This document shows, piece after piece, positions 21,126 to 31,265 of a stretch of DNA of 64,000 nucleotides (its first letter is position 1; each line of letters opens with the position of its first letter). The stretch comes from Flavipsychrobacter sp. (GTDB taxonomy: Bacteria; Bacteroidota; Bacteroidia; Chitinophagales; Chitinophagaceae), in contig JAEUVZ010000032.1 of assembly GCA_016786665.1 (NCBI GenBank), positions 1-64,000 on the forward strand, in the 5' to 3' direction. Made by a program: the position numbers and the translations under genes. The notes under the pieces are model-generated. The model saw only the letters and a list, made by a program, of their open reading frames with translations, made no database searches and was not told the DNA's origin.

Positions 21126-22301
21126 ATGTCAGACAATAACCGGTACAATCAGCGGGGCGTATCTGCCCAAAAGGAAGATGTGCATAAAGCCATCGCCAAA
21201 CTGGACAAGGGCCTTTTCCCCAATGCGTTCTGCAAGATATACCCCGACTATTGGGGCGGCGATGACCAGTACTGCAACCTGATGCATGCCGATGGCGCAG
21301 GTACCAAGTCCATCCTTGCTTACATGTACTGGAAGGAAACGGGCGATATGAGTGTGTGGAAAGGCATCGCTATCGATTCTATAGTAATGAACACCGACGA
21401 CCTGCTGTGTGTAGGCGCTACGGGCCCTTTTACCTATTCTTCCACCATCGGGCGGAACAAGCACCTCATTCCCGGCGAGGTGATATCGGAACTGATAAAC
21501 GGAACTCAATCCTACTTCGACCGTATGGCGGAGTATGGCATAGATATAAAGCTGATGGGTGGCGAAACCGCCGATGTGGGCGATGTGGTGCGCACCGTGA
21601 TAGTGGACGGCACCATGGCCTGCCGCATGCGCCGCGATAAACTGGTGACCACCGAAAAGATGCAGCCCGGAGACGTGGTAGTATCGCTGGCCAGCTACGG
21701 GCAGGCCACCTACGAGGACGAGTACAACAGCGGCATGGGCAGCAATGGCCTCACCAGCGCCCGCCACGAGCTGCTGAAAAAAGAATACGCCACAAAATAC
21801 CCCGAGAGCGTAGACCCCAATCTGCCCGATGCCGTGGTGTACAATGGCAGCTTTGGCCTTACCGATGCCGCCGCCGGTACCCCGCTTGATATAGGCAAGC
21901 TGATACTATCGCCCACCCGCACCTATGCGCCGGTGGTGCTGAAGGTGCTGGAGCAGCATTTTGATAAGATACACGGTATTATACACTGCAGTGGGGGTGG
22001 CCAGAGCAAGTGCCTGCACTACCTGCCCGCGCCGCTGCGCGTGGTGAAAAATAACCTGCTGCCCATACCGCCACTGTTCCAGCTGATACAAACCTCCGCC
22101 GGTACCGACTGGAAGGAAATGTACCAGGTATTCAATATGGGGCAGCGCCTGGAGTTCTTTACCGATAAGGAAACAGCGGAAGACATTATCGCCATAGCTA
22201 AAGGTTTTGGGATAGACGCGCAGGTAAGCGGCTACGTAGAAGCGGCCCCGGCCAAAGAGGTGGTTATAGAAACTTCATACGGCACTTTTTCGTATAAATA
22301 A
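21126..22301 (+). CDS. purM: Phosphoribosylformylglycinamidine cyclo-ligase (AIR synthase), Bacteroidetes long form
   Basis: Motifs DGAGTK, NDLL, GGETA, SNGLT and PTRTY, and a C-terminus similar to E. coli PurM. ATG at 21126; the track ORF begins at a GTG upstream. Confidence 0.8.
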   Translation: MSDNNRYNQRGVSAQKEDVHKAIAKLDKGLFPNAFCKIYPDYWGGDDQYCNLMHADGAGTKSILAYMYWKETGDMSVWKGIAIDSIVMNTDDLLCVGATGPFTYSSTIGRNKHLIPGEVISELINGTQSYFDRMAEYGIDIKLMGGETADVGDVVRTVIVDGTMACRMRRDKLVTTEKMQPGDVVVSLASYGQATYEDEYNSGMGSNGLTSARHELLKKEYATKYPESVDPNLPDAVVYNGSFGLTDAAAGTPLDIGKLILSPTRTYAPVVLKVLEQHFDKIHGIIHCSGGGQSKCLHYLPAPLRVVKNNLLPIPPLFQLIQTSAGTDWKEMYQVFNMGQRLEFFTDKETAEDIIAIAKGFGIDAQVSGYVEAAPAKEVVIETSYGTFSYK

Positions 22302-22378
22302 CAGGAATGAGGAACTTTGGCACTAAAAATGCTATAAAAACGTTAATAACCAAACCAATCAACACCTAAACAATTTAT

Positions 22379-23212
22379 ATGCAACTTAAAGCGATCTTAT
22401 TAGCTGCTTTTGCCTTTGTTTCTCTTTCTGCCGCCGCGCAGGATAAAATATACAAGCGCAATGGCGAAGTGATAGATGGTAAAGTGAAAGAGGTTAATAC
22501 CCGCAACATATCCTACAAACGTTCCGACAACCCCGATGGCCCCGACTATGTGGTAGGCCGCAACGAGGTGGAAAAGATAAAATACCAGAACGGACTGGAA
22601 GATTATATCTCCGGCAGCCGAGAAACTACTACTTCGCGCAAGCCGGGCAAGAAGATAGAATACGGCAGCAACGTAGTGACCGTGGCATTGGTAAACCTGA
22701 ATGATGAAGGTTTTGGCTTTGGTGCCGCTTACGAGCGCGCCCTGGACAAGAAGGGGATACTCAGCTTCTACCTGCCGGTGAATGTGGCACTGGGTGGCCT
22801 GGGCAACTATACATCGTCTACTTCCGGCACTACCAGTTCTTTCAACAGGGCCATATGGCAGATAATGCCGGGTATCAAGTTTTACCCTACCGGCAGCAAG
22901 GGGAAGGTTCGCTATGCGGTAGGCCCACAGCTCTCTTACGAAACCGGCTACAAAGAAGAGTGGCAAACCATTTACGATCCGCAGACCTTTATGTCGTACC
23001 AGCGTTACGATAAGCTGGATGTACGCAAACTGGGCATACTGGTGAATAACTCGCTGAACATGAGCCCCAATGAGCACATGATCATAGGGCTGGACCTGGG
23101 CCTGGGCTTCACGTACATGAATAAGAAAGAAGACGCTTCCAGCGGTGTTATGCGCGAGTGGGGTACACGCCAGTTGGCGCAATTCAACTTCCGCATCGGT
23201 TACCGTTTTTAA
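22379..23212 (+). CDS. Outer-membrane beta-barrel protein (hypothetical)
   Basis: Signal peptide MQLKAILLAAFAFVSLSAAAQ, alternating amphipathic strands, and a C-terminal aromatic residue (..RIGYRF). Confidence 0.55.
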   Translation: MQLKAILLAAFAFVSLSAAAQDKIYKRNGEVIDGKVKEVNTRNISYKRSDNPDGPDYVVGRNEVEKIKYQNGLEDYISGSRETTTSRKPGKKIEYGSNVVTVALVNLNDEGFGFGAAYERALDKKGILSFYLPVNVALGGLGNYTSSTSGTTSSFNRAIWQIMPGIKFYPTGSKGKVRYAVGPQLSYETGYKEEWQTIYDPQTFMSYQRYDKLDVRKLGILVNNSLNMSPNEHMIIGLDLGLGFTYMNKKEDASSGVMREWGTRQLAQFNFRIGYRF

Positions 23213-23417
23213 TACGCCCTATCCATTCTATCACCATAAGATGATCGTCCTCTCCCGCATCGTGGAGGGGACGATTTATTTTAGCGTGGACTATTTTCAA
23301 AAAGCGGGAAATTTTTTTGCTATGCATTCAGGGTAGGGTGCCGGTTTTAAGGCCAGTCTTTTAATTCCTGTCGTTCCGCTCAGCAAGGAGTGAGATTTTT
23401 TTGTGTTTATTGCTCTA

Positions 23418-23978
23418 CTAATAAAGCGGATTCGCAACCATATTAAACACGGAATAGATGCCCACGCGTGTTCCCGGTGCAGGTACCCGGTTGAAATGCC
23501 CGTTCATCTTTACGTAGATAACATCGGATAAAAAGTAGTTTTTCAGGTTCTCCTCGCTGCACGTAAGGGCAATGCTATCCGATGCCGCCGGCGGGCCATA
23601 ATGATAGGCTGCTAAGAATTCCGGCTGCCCCGGTGCCGATATATATACGCGGACGGTATCAAAGAAGTCTACCGTTTCTCCCACAGGTGCCAGCACCTTT
23701 ACCGATAATTGCGCCAGCCGCACATAACGTATCATGTCAGCCCGGGTGTGGTACTGCGCCATATATTCCTGCGAGTTCGTCTGCAAGGCGATGGGCCCGA
23801 TGGTGCCGCTAAAGCCGCCGAAAGGAATGGGCACCCCCTCGTCATAAAATACAGGCAGGGTCACTTCTGTGCTGTACGGTATATTGATATCAATATTCGC
23901 CAGGTCGCGTATTTTCCGGCAGGCGCTCATCGGCAGGACCAGCAGGAGGCATAATAACAGGATTAACCGCTTCATGTT
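23418..23978 (-). CDS. Hypothetical lipoprotein
   Basis: Start MNMKRLILLLCLLLVLPMSAC (lipobox-like MSAC). The longer track ORF would overlap the mtaB start. Confidence 0.5.
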   Translation of the reverse strand, partial: NMKRLILLLCLLLVLPMSACRKIRDLANIDINIPYSTEVTLPVFYDEGVPIPFGGFSGTIGPIALQTNSQEYMAQYHTRADMIRYVRLAQLSVKVLAPVGETVDFFDTVRVYISAPGQPEFLAAYHYGPPAASDSIALTCSEENLKNYFLSDVIYVKMNGHFNRVPAPGTRVGIYSVFNMVANPLY

Positions 23979-24050
23979 CATTCCTTTAGTTATATAATCA
24001 CATAATACCGCGCCACCAATCGCCAAATAATAGCTAAATTTGCACCCTTT

Positions 24051-25325
24051 ATGTCGGGTAAGACTGTTGCATTTCATACACTGGGTTGTAAACTCAACTA
24101 TTCAGAGACCTCCACGCTGAGCCGTCAACTGGAGGCCGATGGCTTCGCCAAACGCGAGTTTGACGAACTGGCCGACGTGTACGTCATCAACACCTGCTCG
24201 GTAACAGAGAACGCCGACAAGGAATGCCGCCAGATAGTGCGCCGTATACAGCGCCGCGCACCGGAGTCGCTGGTGGTTATTACCGGTTGCTACGCCCAGC
24301 TAAAACCTAAGGAGATAGCCGCGATAGAGGGGGTGGACCTGGTACTGGGCGCCGCCGAGAAATTCAATCTCTCCCGCCACCTGGCCGAGCTTTCTAAAGG
24401 CGACAGCGCCAAAATATGCTCCTGCGATATTGAAGAAGTAGAAGGATTTAACAGCTCTTACTCCATCAACGACCGCACCCGCACCTTCCTGAAAGTGCAG
24501 GACGGTTGCGACTACAACTGCGCTTTCTGCACCATACCCCTGGCCCGTGGCCACAGCCGCAGCGATAGTATAACCGGTGTGCTGCGGAACGTGAACGAAC
24601 TGGCCGCCTCCGGCACTAAGGAGATTGTGCTCACCGGCATTAACCTGGGCGACTTTGGTAAAGGAAATGAGGGTGGAAAAAAGCGGGAAGAGTCATTCTA
24701 CGAACTAGTGCAGGAACTGGATAAGGCAGAAGGCATAGAGCGCTTCCGTATCTCTTCCATAGAGCCCAACCTGCTTACCGACGAGATAATAGAATTTGTG
24801 GCAGCTTCTAAAAAGTTTATGCCGCACTTCCATATACCCCTGCAAAGTGGCAGCAATAAAATACTGGGGGCTATGCGCCGCCGTTACCAGCGTGAACTGT
24901 ATGCCGAACGCGTAGCGAAAATAAAACAGCTCATGCCGCATTGCTGTATAGGGGTAGATGTGATAGTAGGTTTCCCCACGGAAAGTGATGACGATTTTAA
25001 AGATACCTTTGACTTCCTGCACGGGCTGGATGTATCTTACTTTCACGTATTCACCTACTCTGAGCGGGCCAATACCCTGGCGATAGATATGAAGCCTGTA
25101 GTGCCCGTAAACATCCGCCATGAGCGGAACAAGGCACTCCGCAATCTTTCTTACCAGAAGATGCAATACTTCACCGCCCAACACACCGGCCAAACCCGCA
25201 AAGTCCTCTTCGAGTCCGCCGAGAAGAACGGCATGATGGACGGCTACACCGACAACTACATCAAAGTAACCACTCCATTCCGCCCCGAATGGGTGAACGA
25301 GTTGGTGGAATGGAAACTAGGGTAG
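24051..25325 (+). CDS. mtaB: tRNA methylthiotransferase, MtaB-like radical SAM MTTase
   Basis: N-terminal MTTase domain (HTLGCKLNYSE, three Cys) and a radical SAM CDYNCAFC motif. At 424 aa it fits MtaB better than MiaB or RimO. Confidence 0.7.
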   Translation: MSGKTVAFHTLGCKLNYSETSTLSRQLEADGFAKREFDELADVYVINTCSVTENADKECRQIVRRIQRRAPESLVVITGCYAQLKPKEIAAIEGVDLVLGAAEKFNLSRHLAELSKGDSAKICSCDIEEVEGFNSSYSINDRTRTFLKVQDGCDYNCAFCTIPLARGHSRSDSITGVLRNVNELAASGTKEIVLTGINLGDFGKGNEGGKKREESFYELVQELDKAEGIERFRISSIEPNLLTDEIIEFVAASKKFMPHFHIPLQSGSNKILGAMRRRYQRELYAERVAKIKQLMPHCCIGVDVIVGFPTESDDDFKDTFDFLHGLDVSYFHVFTYSERANTLAIDMKPVVPVNIRHERNKALRNLSYQKMQYFTAQHTGQTRKVLFESAEKNGMMDGYTDNYIKVTTPFRPEWVNELVEWKLG

Positions 25326-25667
25326 TGCCCAACTATAAGGGGTGGTGAACACCCAATGCAAACAAAATACGCTATCCAAACACTCCCCTCCTTCCTTCGA
25401 CTGCGGTTCAGGATGACAGGGGGAGATGAAAAGTAAATTTTTCCCGGTCTTTTTTTGCTGAATGCGCCGTGGGCGCGGGTTTTGGATTTTCAAAAGTAAA
25501 TCCAGCTACCAGAAAGGTAAATCCAGCTACCAGCAAAGGTGCATTTTGGGTTAAGAAAAGTAAATTTTACTACGTGAAAGGTGAATTTTACTTCGTGTAA
25601 TTTCCATTTTTTGTTTTGTATCCCACCCGCTGGTTAGCGGGTGGTGTAGGGTGAAAGAAGCTGGTGG

Positions 25668-25880
25668 CGTGGGTGTTGGGTCGCCCCGACCCCCCTGAAG
25701 GGGGCTTTTCTTGGTTTGTGTATGTGTTGGCTGGGCAAATGGGCAAGAACGTGGGGTGAGGTTTCTTCGCTGCGCTCGCAAGGACGGTTGGGTAAGGATG
25801 ATTGGTGTAGGGTCGCCCCTAATCCCCTAAAGTGGGCTTTTCTTGGTTTGTGTATGTGTGTTGGCTGGGCAAGAACGTGG
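25668..25880 (+). repeat. Two ~80-90-bp direct repeats (about 85% identity) in a 900-bp noncoding gap
   Basis: Copy 1 is 25668-25760 and copy 2 is 25802-25880. Both contain ggtcgcccc...gggcttttcttggtttgtgtatgtgttggctgggcaa...gaacgtgg. A shorter duplicated 17-mer gtaaatccagctaccag lies at 25497 and 25518. Confidence 0.6.
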
Positions 25881-26247
25881 TTTGCAGGTGTTATTGTCCT
25901 ATGATTACGGGAGACTTATATGGATTCTCGCAGTGACAGCCTAAGGAATTCGTTTAGTGCTTGCTGCCGTGTTTTTACAAATTTACGGAGTTGGCGGAAG
26001 TTGGGGTGAATAACATATCCACATAGAAACGTGACAAACGCTGTTCCGGTGGCATCTTTGTAGCAAACGAGGGCGAGGTGAGAATTAAAATGAACAAACC
26101 ATTACCAGCAAGGTGATAGCCCCTGTTTTCAATGAATTGTTGGGGTGGCTTTAATGGTTGATGTCGTAGTGTTTTTTAGTAAACTCGCCCCTCCTTTGCA
26201 TTGGCACATGCTTTGCATTATCTTTCGTGCATCAACCGGTATAGGAT

Positions 26248-26682
26248 ATGAAACTCAGGCTGTTTTTTTCTACATTACTGTTCAGCATACTCGCCGTGGC
26301 CGCTTCCGCGCAGAAGGCGAAGCCTGGCACCGCGTATGCGCAGATAACCAGCGCCACCATGCGCACCGAACCACGGCCCGGCAGCGACCCGGAAGTGTTC
26401 TACAACTTTAATACTACCTGGAAAAGCTCCGCCAAACCGGAAGCTATATTCTTCCGCGGCCAGGAAGCCTGGGCCAACTGCGTAGTGATAAAAGACGGGA
26501 AAGACATCTCCCCCGAGCTGATAAAGAAAGGAAACAAGGTGTCGTTCAAAACCATCAGCGGCGGCCGCTTCGCCATACCCAAAGAGCTGGATGGCATTAA
26601 GGCGCCGGCGCTCTTCTTCCAGGTAAAGGGCAAGTGGTACTACCTGCCCGTACGCAACATCAAAAAAATGAATACCCGCTAG
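26248..26682 (+). CDS. Secreted hypothetical protein
   Basis: Signal peptide MKLRLFFSTLLFSILAVAASAQ; no recognisable domain. Confidence 0.5.
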   Translation: MKLRLFFSTLLFSILAVAASAQKAKPGTAYAQITSATMRTEPRPGSDPEVFYNFNTTWKSSAKPEAIFFRGQEAWANCVVIKDGKDISPELIKKGNKVSFKTISGGRFAIPKELDGIKAPALFFQVKGKWYYLPVRNIKKMNTR

Positions 26683-26685
26683 CGG

Positions 26686-28347
26686 TTAAGCGCTCACCAG
26701 TTCGCGCGCGTTTTCCAGCGCCGCCTCGCTGGGCTGCTCCCCGCCTATCATGCGGGCAATGGCTACTATGCGCTCCTCGGGCTTTAATACCTTTATACGG
26801 GTAGTAATGCGCTGGCCGCCAGCCGCATCTTTGTACACATAAAAGTGGCAGGCCCCTTTGGCCGCTACCTGCGGCTGGTGGGTGATGCACAGCACCTGGT
26901 GATAGGTAGCCAGCCCGCTCAGCAGGATGCCTACCTGGCGCGCCGCCTCGCCCGATATGCCCGTGTCTACTTCGTCAAATATCAGCGTGGGCAGGTGCAT
27001 CGCCTTGGCCGTCAGCGATTTTACGCACAGCATTATCCGGCTCATTTCCCCGCCTGACGCGGCCTTGTGTATCGGCAGGAACTGGCCGCTTTTATTGGCG
27101 TCCAGCAGGAACGATACTTCGTCCATACCCGTAGGCAGGGGTGTGGCGGCCCGCCCCGCCACCACCCGGAACTCCGCGTTGGGCATGCCCACCAGGGCCA
27201 GCAGCCCGGTCACCTGCCTGGCTATCTGCGGGGCTACTTTCTGCCGTGTAGCGGTGAGCGCCTCGCCAGCCTTCAGCAGGGCGGCCTGCAGGGCGGCCTG
27301 TTCTTTTTCCAGCTGCACTATCGCGTCGCCAAGGTTCAGGCTGGCTTTCAGCCCTTCTTCCAGTTCGTCTTTCAGTTGCAGCAGTTCGTTGGTGGTCGTT
27401 ACTCCGTGCTTCTTCAGCAGCTTGTATCCGGTGTCCAGTTTTTCCTGTAGTTGCTGCATCAGTGCGGGGTCCAGGCTCACTTTCCCTTCCAGGCTGTCCA
27501 GTTCGCCGGCTATATCTTTTAGTTCCGCCCATGCCGAAGCCAGGCGTTGCTGCAAGGCCGCCGCATCGGGCAGCACGTCGGTTATGGTTTGCAGCTGTTG
27601 GTTCAGGCGCTTCAGTTCATTCACCATGGGCTGCTCGCCCTCTTCCATCGCATAGCGGCTGCTTTGCAGCACCTGTAGTATGCGCTCGGCATGGCTCATC
27701 TGTTTCAGTTGCGCCTCGGCGTTCTCTATATCGTTTTCGGCCAGGCCGGCGGCCAGCAGTTCGTCGTACAGGTATTGTTTGTAGTCAGCTTCCTTTTGCC
27801 ACAGCGCCTGTTGCTCCCTGTTCTTGTCCAGCTCGCGCGTGGTGCGCTTGTAGTCGGCGTACAGCCGGGTGTACTCCCCGCGCGCTTTCCCGTTCTGCGC
27901 CACCGCGTCCAGCACATCCATCTGGAAATGGTCGTCTTTCAGCGCCAGGTGGTCAAACTGCTGGTGCAGGTCTACCAGCAGCGAGGTAAGTCGGTTCAGC
28001 GTAGCCAGGTTCACGGGTGTATCGTTCACGAACGCCCGCGATTTACCCGCGGCGCTTATCTCCCGGCGTATGATGCACTGGGCTTCATCGTCCAGCTCTT
28101 CCTCTTTCAGCGCCTGCCGGAAGGCCTCATGGCCGCTCACCTCAAAGTAGCCCTCCACCACGCATTTTTCTTCCTTGTTTATCAGCACGCCGGTATCGGC
28201 GCGCTCGCCCAGTATTAGCGAGAGCGCCCCCAGTATAATGCTCTTACCAGCACCTGTTTCGCCCGTTACGGTGTTGAGCCCCGCGTCAGGACTTATCTCC
28301 AGGTGGTCTATGATAGCGTAGTTCCGTACAATTAACTTCTGAAGCAT
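26686..28347 (-). CDS. recN: DNA repair protein RecN
   Basis: N-terminus MLQKLIVRNYAIIDHLEISPDAGLNTVTGETGAGKSII (Walker A), long coiled coil, and C-terminal SMC-like signature. Confidence 0.9.
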   Translation of the reverse strand: MLQKLIVRNYAIIDHLEISPDAGLNTVTGETGAGKSIILGALSLILGERADTGVLINKEEKCVVEGYFEVSGHEAFRQALKEEELDDEAQCIIRREISAAGKSRAFVNDTPVNLATLNRLTSLLVDLHQQFDHLALKDDHFQMDVLDAVAQNGKARGEYTRLYADYKRTTRELDKNREQQALWQKEADYKQYLYDELLAAGLAENDIENAEAQLKQMSHAERILQVLQSSRYAMEEGEQPMVNELKRLNQQLQTITDVLPDAAALQQRLASAWAELKDIAGELDSLEGKVSLDPALMQQLQEKLDTGYKLLKKHGVTTTNELLQLKDELEEGLKASLNLGDAIVQLEKEQAALQAALLKAGEALTATRQKVAPQIARQVTGLLALVGMPNAEFRVVAGRAATPLPTGMDEVSFLLDANKSGQFLPIHKAASGGEMSRIMLCVKSLTAKAMHLPTLIFDEVDTGISGEAARQVGILLSGLATYHQVLCITHQPQVAAKGACHFYVYKDAAGGQRITTRIKVLKPEERIVAIARMIGGEQPSEAALENARELVSA

Positions 28348-28432
28348 AATCAGTTACACAAAAATAGAGAGAATAACCACGTGCGGATAAAAATGGGGAT
28401 AAGTGCCCTGCACGCACCCGCTGGCCCCCGTG

Positions 28433-29218
28433 CTAGAAGTAGCGCTTCACCAGCCGCAGATTGTGGGTACGCTTGCGGTGCAATACGCTTATAATGCCCC
28501 CCTGGTCTATCTTATCTATCACCACGCAGCCACCGGCGTCGGTAGCGTGTATTATGGTGTGGTCATTCAGCAACAGGCCCACATGGGTAATTTTGCCCTC
28601 GGCGTTGTCAAAAAAAGCCAGGTCGCCGGCATGGGTATGCTGCAGAAAGTCGACGGTTTCGCCGAGCTCTGCCTGCTGGCTGGCATCGCGGGGTATGGCT
28701 TTGCCGCACAGCTTATAGGCCATCTGCGTCAGCCCCGAGCAGTCTATACCGGTTATGGTGCGCCCGCCCCATACATAGGGGGCGTGCAGGTAGTGCAGCG
28801 CTGCGGCCTTTATGGTGTCTTTGGTCAGCTCCAGTGCGGGGTAGTCCAGTTTCTTGCCTTTGTAGCGGCCCTGTTCGTTGCCCACAGTTAGCTTTCCGCC
28901 CTTCAGGGGATACAGGTCGGCACCCATGGGCAGCCACATCTCGCTCTGCGGAAACACGAGTTTATCGCCGTTGCGGGCCACCAGGTGCCTGGGGGCCTTA
29001 TTATACGCTTTCCGGCTCACTACGGTCAGCTGCGAGAGCTTGCTCCAGCCTTCGTAGCCATCCCACTCGGCTTTCACCCGCGCCCAATCCTTATCGTTTA
29101 TTTCTAATATCTCCGCACGCTCCCCAAACAGTAGCTCGGTTACCTGCTCCGAGCGGTGGCTCGGCTCCAGGCGCACCGGGCTGCGCGAGCTGTTGCAGTA
29201 GGCAAAGGACAATACCAT
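28433..29218 (-). CDS. NlpC/P60 (C40) family peptidoglycan endopeptidase with N-terminal SH3b-like domain
   Basis: Catalytic region YVWGGRTITGIDCSGLTQMAY...H...H. Confidence 0.85.
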   Translation of the reverse strand: MVLSFAYCNSSRSPVRLEPSHRSEQVTELLFGERAEILEINDKDWARVKAEWDGYEGWSKLSQLTVVSRKAYNKAPRHLVARNGDKLVFPQSEMWLPMGADLYPLKGGKLTVGNEQGRYKGKKLDYPALELTKDTIKAAALHYLHAPYVWGGRTITGIDCSGLTQMAYKLCGKAIPRDASQQAELGETVDFLQHTHAGDLAFFDNAEGKITHVGLLLNDHTIIHATDAGGCVVIDKIDQGGIISVLHRKRTHNLRLVKRYF

Positions 29219-29418
29219 TGTTGTTATTTACGGCCCTAAATTTAGGCTAGTTTCAAAGCACTGCAAATCACCGCGCCGATTATTTACCCCCATATTTATC
29301 CAGCCTCCATACCTCCCGATTACCGAAATCTTTTATTAACTTGCGCGCTAGACATATAAACATCACATTAAAAACATTGTGATACTATTTATTTAATTGA
29401 TAAAGATCTCAACATATC

Positions 29419-30993
29419 ATGAACGATACTATCCTTGTCGCCATCGTTGCGGTGGTGGCTATATTAATAGGCATATTCCTGGGTAAAGCCATTTTCTCTA
29501 AAAACACCCGAAAACAGGTAGAAGAAGCAGAAGAACAAGCAAAAAAACTGGTAGAAGACGCTAAAACACACGCAGAAACCCTTAAAGACAAAAAACTATT
29601 AGAAGCGAAAGAGCACTTTTTACAGCTTAAAAGCCAGCACGAGAAAGACGTACTGCAGCGTACCCAGAAGATAAGCGAAGCCGAAGCGCGCCTGAAACAG
29701 CAACAGCAGGGCCTGAACGATAAAAATTCCGCACTCCAGAAGCAAATTCAGGAGAATGAGAACCAAAAGCAGAACCTGGAGCGCCAGCTGGAGGTAGTGA
29801 ACATTAAGCGCACCGAACTGGAAAAACACCAGGAAGAGCACATCAAGCGCCTGGAAAAGGTGTCTAATCTTTCTGCCGAGGAAGCCAAAGCCGAACTGGT
29901 GGAAGCCGTGAAGGAAGAAGCCCGTACCCGTGCCATGGCGCATGTGAAGGAGATAATGGAAGAGGCGAAGATAAACGCCACTAAGGAAGCCAAGAAAATA
30001 GTAATACAGTCCATACAGCGTACCGCTGCCGAGCATACCATTGAGAACGCCATTACCGTGTTCAACCTGGAAAGCGACGAAATAAAAGGCCAGATAATTG
30101 GCCGCGAGGGCCGCAATATCCGCGCCCTGGAGGCAGCGACAGGTGTAGACCTGGTTATAGACGATACCCCGGAAGCCATTGTACTCAGTTGTTTTGATCC
30201 GCTGCGCCGCGAGGTGGCACGCCTCTCGCTGCAGCGCCTGGTTCAGGACGGACGCATACACCCCGCCCGCATTGAAGAGGTGGTGGAAAAGACCAAAAAG
30301 CAACTGGAAGAGCAGGTAATGGAAATAGGCGAGCGCACCATTATAGAACTGGGCATACACGGCCTGCACAAAGACCTGGTGCGCATGGTGGGCAAAATGC
30401 GGTTCCGCTCATCTTACGGGCAGAACCTGCTGATGCACTCTAAAGAAACCGCCAACCTCTGCGGCATTATGGCGGCGGAACTGGGCCTGGGCCAAAAGGT
30501 AGTGAAGCTGGCCAAGCGTGCGGGGCTGCTGCACGATATAGGCAAAGTGCCCGATGAAGAAACCGAACTGAGCCACGCACTGCTGGGCGCCAAGCTGGCA
30601 GAGAAGTGCGGCGAACACCCCGCTATCGTTAATGCCATAGGCGCGCACCACGATGAAATGGAGATGACCTATATTATCTCTCCGCTGATACAGGCCTGCG
30701 ATGCCATTAGCGGCGCACGCCCCGGTGCCCGTCGCGAAATGATGCAAAGCTACCTGCAGCGCATTAAAGACCTGGAGAACCTCGCCCTTGCCTACACCGG
30801 TGTAGAAAAAGCATATGCGATACAGGCAGGCCGCGAACTGCGCGTAATAGTGGAAGCCGAAAAAGTAAGCGATGCCGACAGCGATCGTCTCAGCTTCGAG
30901 ATAGCCGACAAAATTCAAAAAGAAATGCAGTACCCCGGCCAGATAAAAGTGACCGTTATCCGCGAACTCCGCGCCGTGAACATTGCCCGATAA
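29419..30993 (+). CDS. rny: Ribonuclease Y
   Basis: N-terminal TM helix, coiled coil, KH domain ([13 protein letters not shown]) and HD domain ([18 protein letters not shown]...LLHDIGK). Confidence 0.9.
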   Translation: MNDTILVAIVAVVAILIGIFLGKAIFSKNTRKQVEEAEEQAKKLVEDAKTHAETLKDKKLLEAKEHFLQLKSQHEKDVLQRTQKISEAEARLKQQQQGLNDKNSALQKQIQENENQKQNLERQLEVVNIKRTELEKHQEEHIKRLEKVSNLSAEEAKAELVEAVKEEARTRAMAHVKEIMEEAKINATKEAKKIVIQSIQRTAAEHTIENAITVFNLESDEIKGQIIGREGRNIRALEAATGVDLVIDDTPEAIVLSCFDPLRREVARLSLQRLVQDGRIHPARIEEVVEKTKKQLEEQVMEIGERTIIELGIHGLHKDLVRMVGKMRFRSSYGQNLLMHSKETANLCGIMAAELGLGQKVVKLAKRAGLLHDIGKVPDEETELSHALLGAKLAEKCGEHPAIVNAIGAHHDEMEMTYIISPLIQACDAISGARPGARREMMQSYLQRIKDLENLALAYTGVEKAYAIQAGRELRVIVEAEKVSDADSDRLSFEIADKIQKEMQYPGQIKVTVIRELRAVNIAR

Positions 30994-31014
30994 TACTAAC
31001 AAAAACATCCCCCA

Positions 31015-31045
31015 ATCCCGCACACACCGTGCGGGATTTTTTTTG
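31015..31045 (+). terminator. Rho-independent terminator after rny
   Basis: Stem atcccgcac/gtgcgggat with loop acacc, then T8. Confidence 0.8.
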
Positions 31046-31265
31046 TAGCATCTGCACGGCGCACAAACGTCAGTACGCGTCACATGACCAGGTTATTTCC
31101 TCGCCGGGGTTTCTCCCTGTGGGTGGAGTGGGGGGGGCAAACCCACAGTTGGGGCCGCGCCCGCTCTCCGCTTATGGCACGTTTTCTTTGTACCCACTAT
31201 AAACAATCACTATTGCCGCGCTTGACACCATTGTGCTAGCTTTGCAATACTAAACACCAGCCATT

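Noticed and set aside
25330-26240. RNase P RNA, tmRNA or SRP RNA in the long noncoding gap
   Set aside because: Hallmark motifs (GGAAAGUCCGG / ACAGAAC.CGGCUUA for RNase P; tRNA-like ends and a tag ORF for tmRNA) are absent.
31222-31245. Bacteroidetes-type promoter (TTG ... TAGCTTTG) upstream of ndh
   Set aside because: The -7 TAnnTTTG match is good but spacing to the putative -33 TTG is ~13 nt instead of ~19, so it was not listed as a feature.
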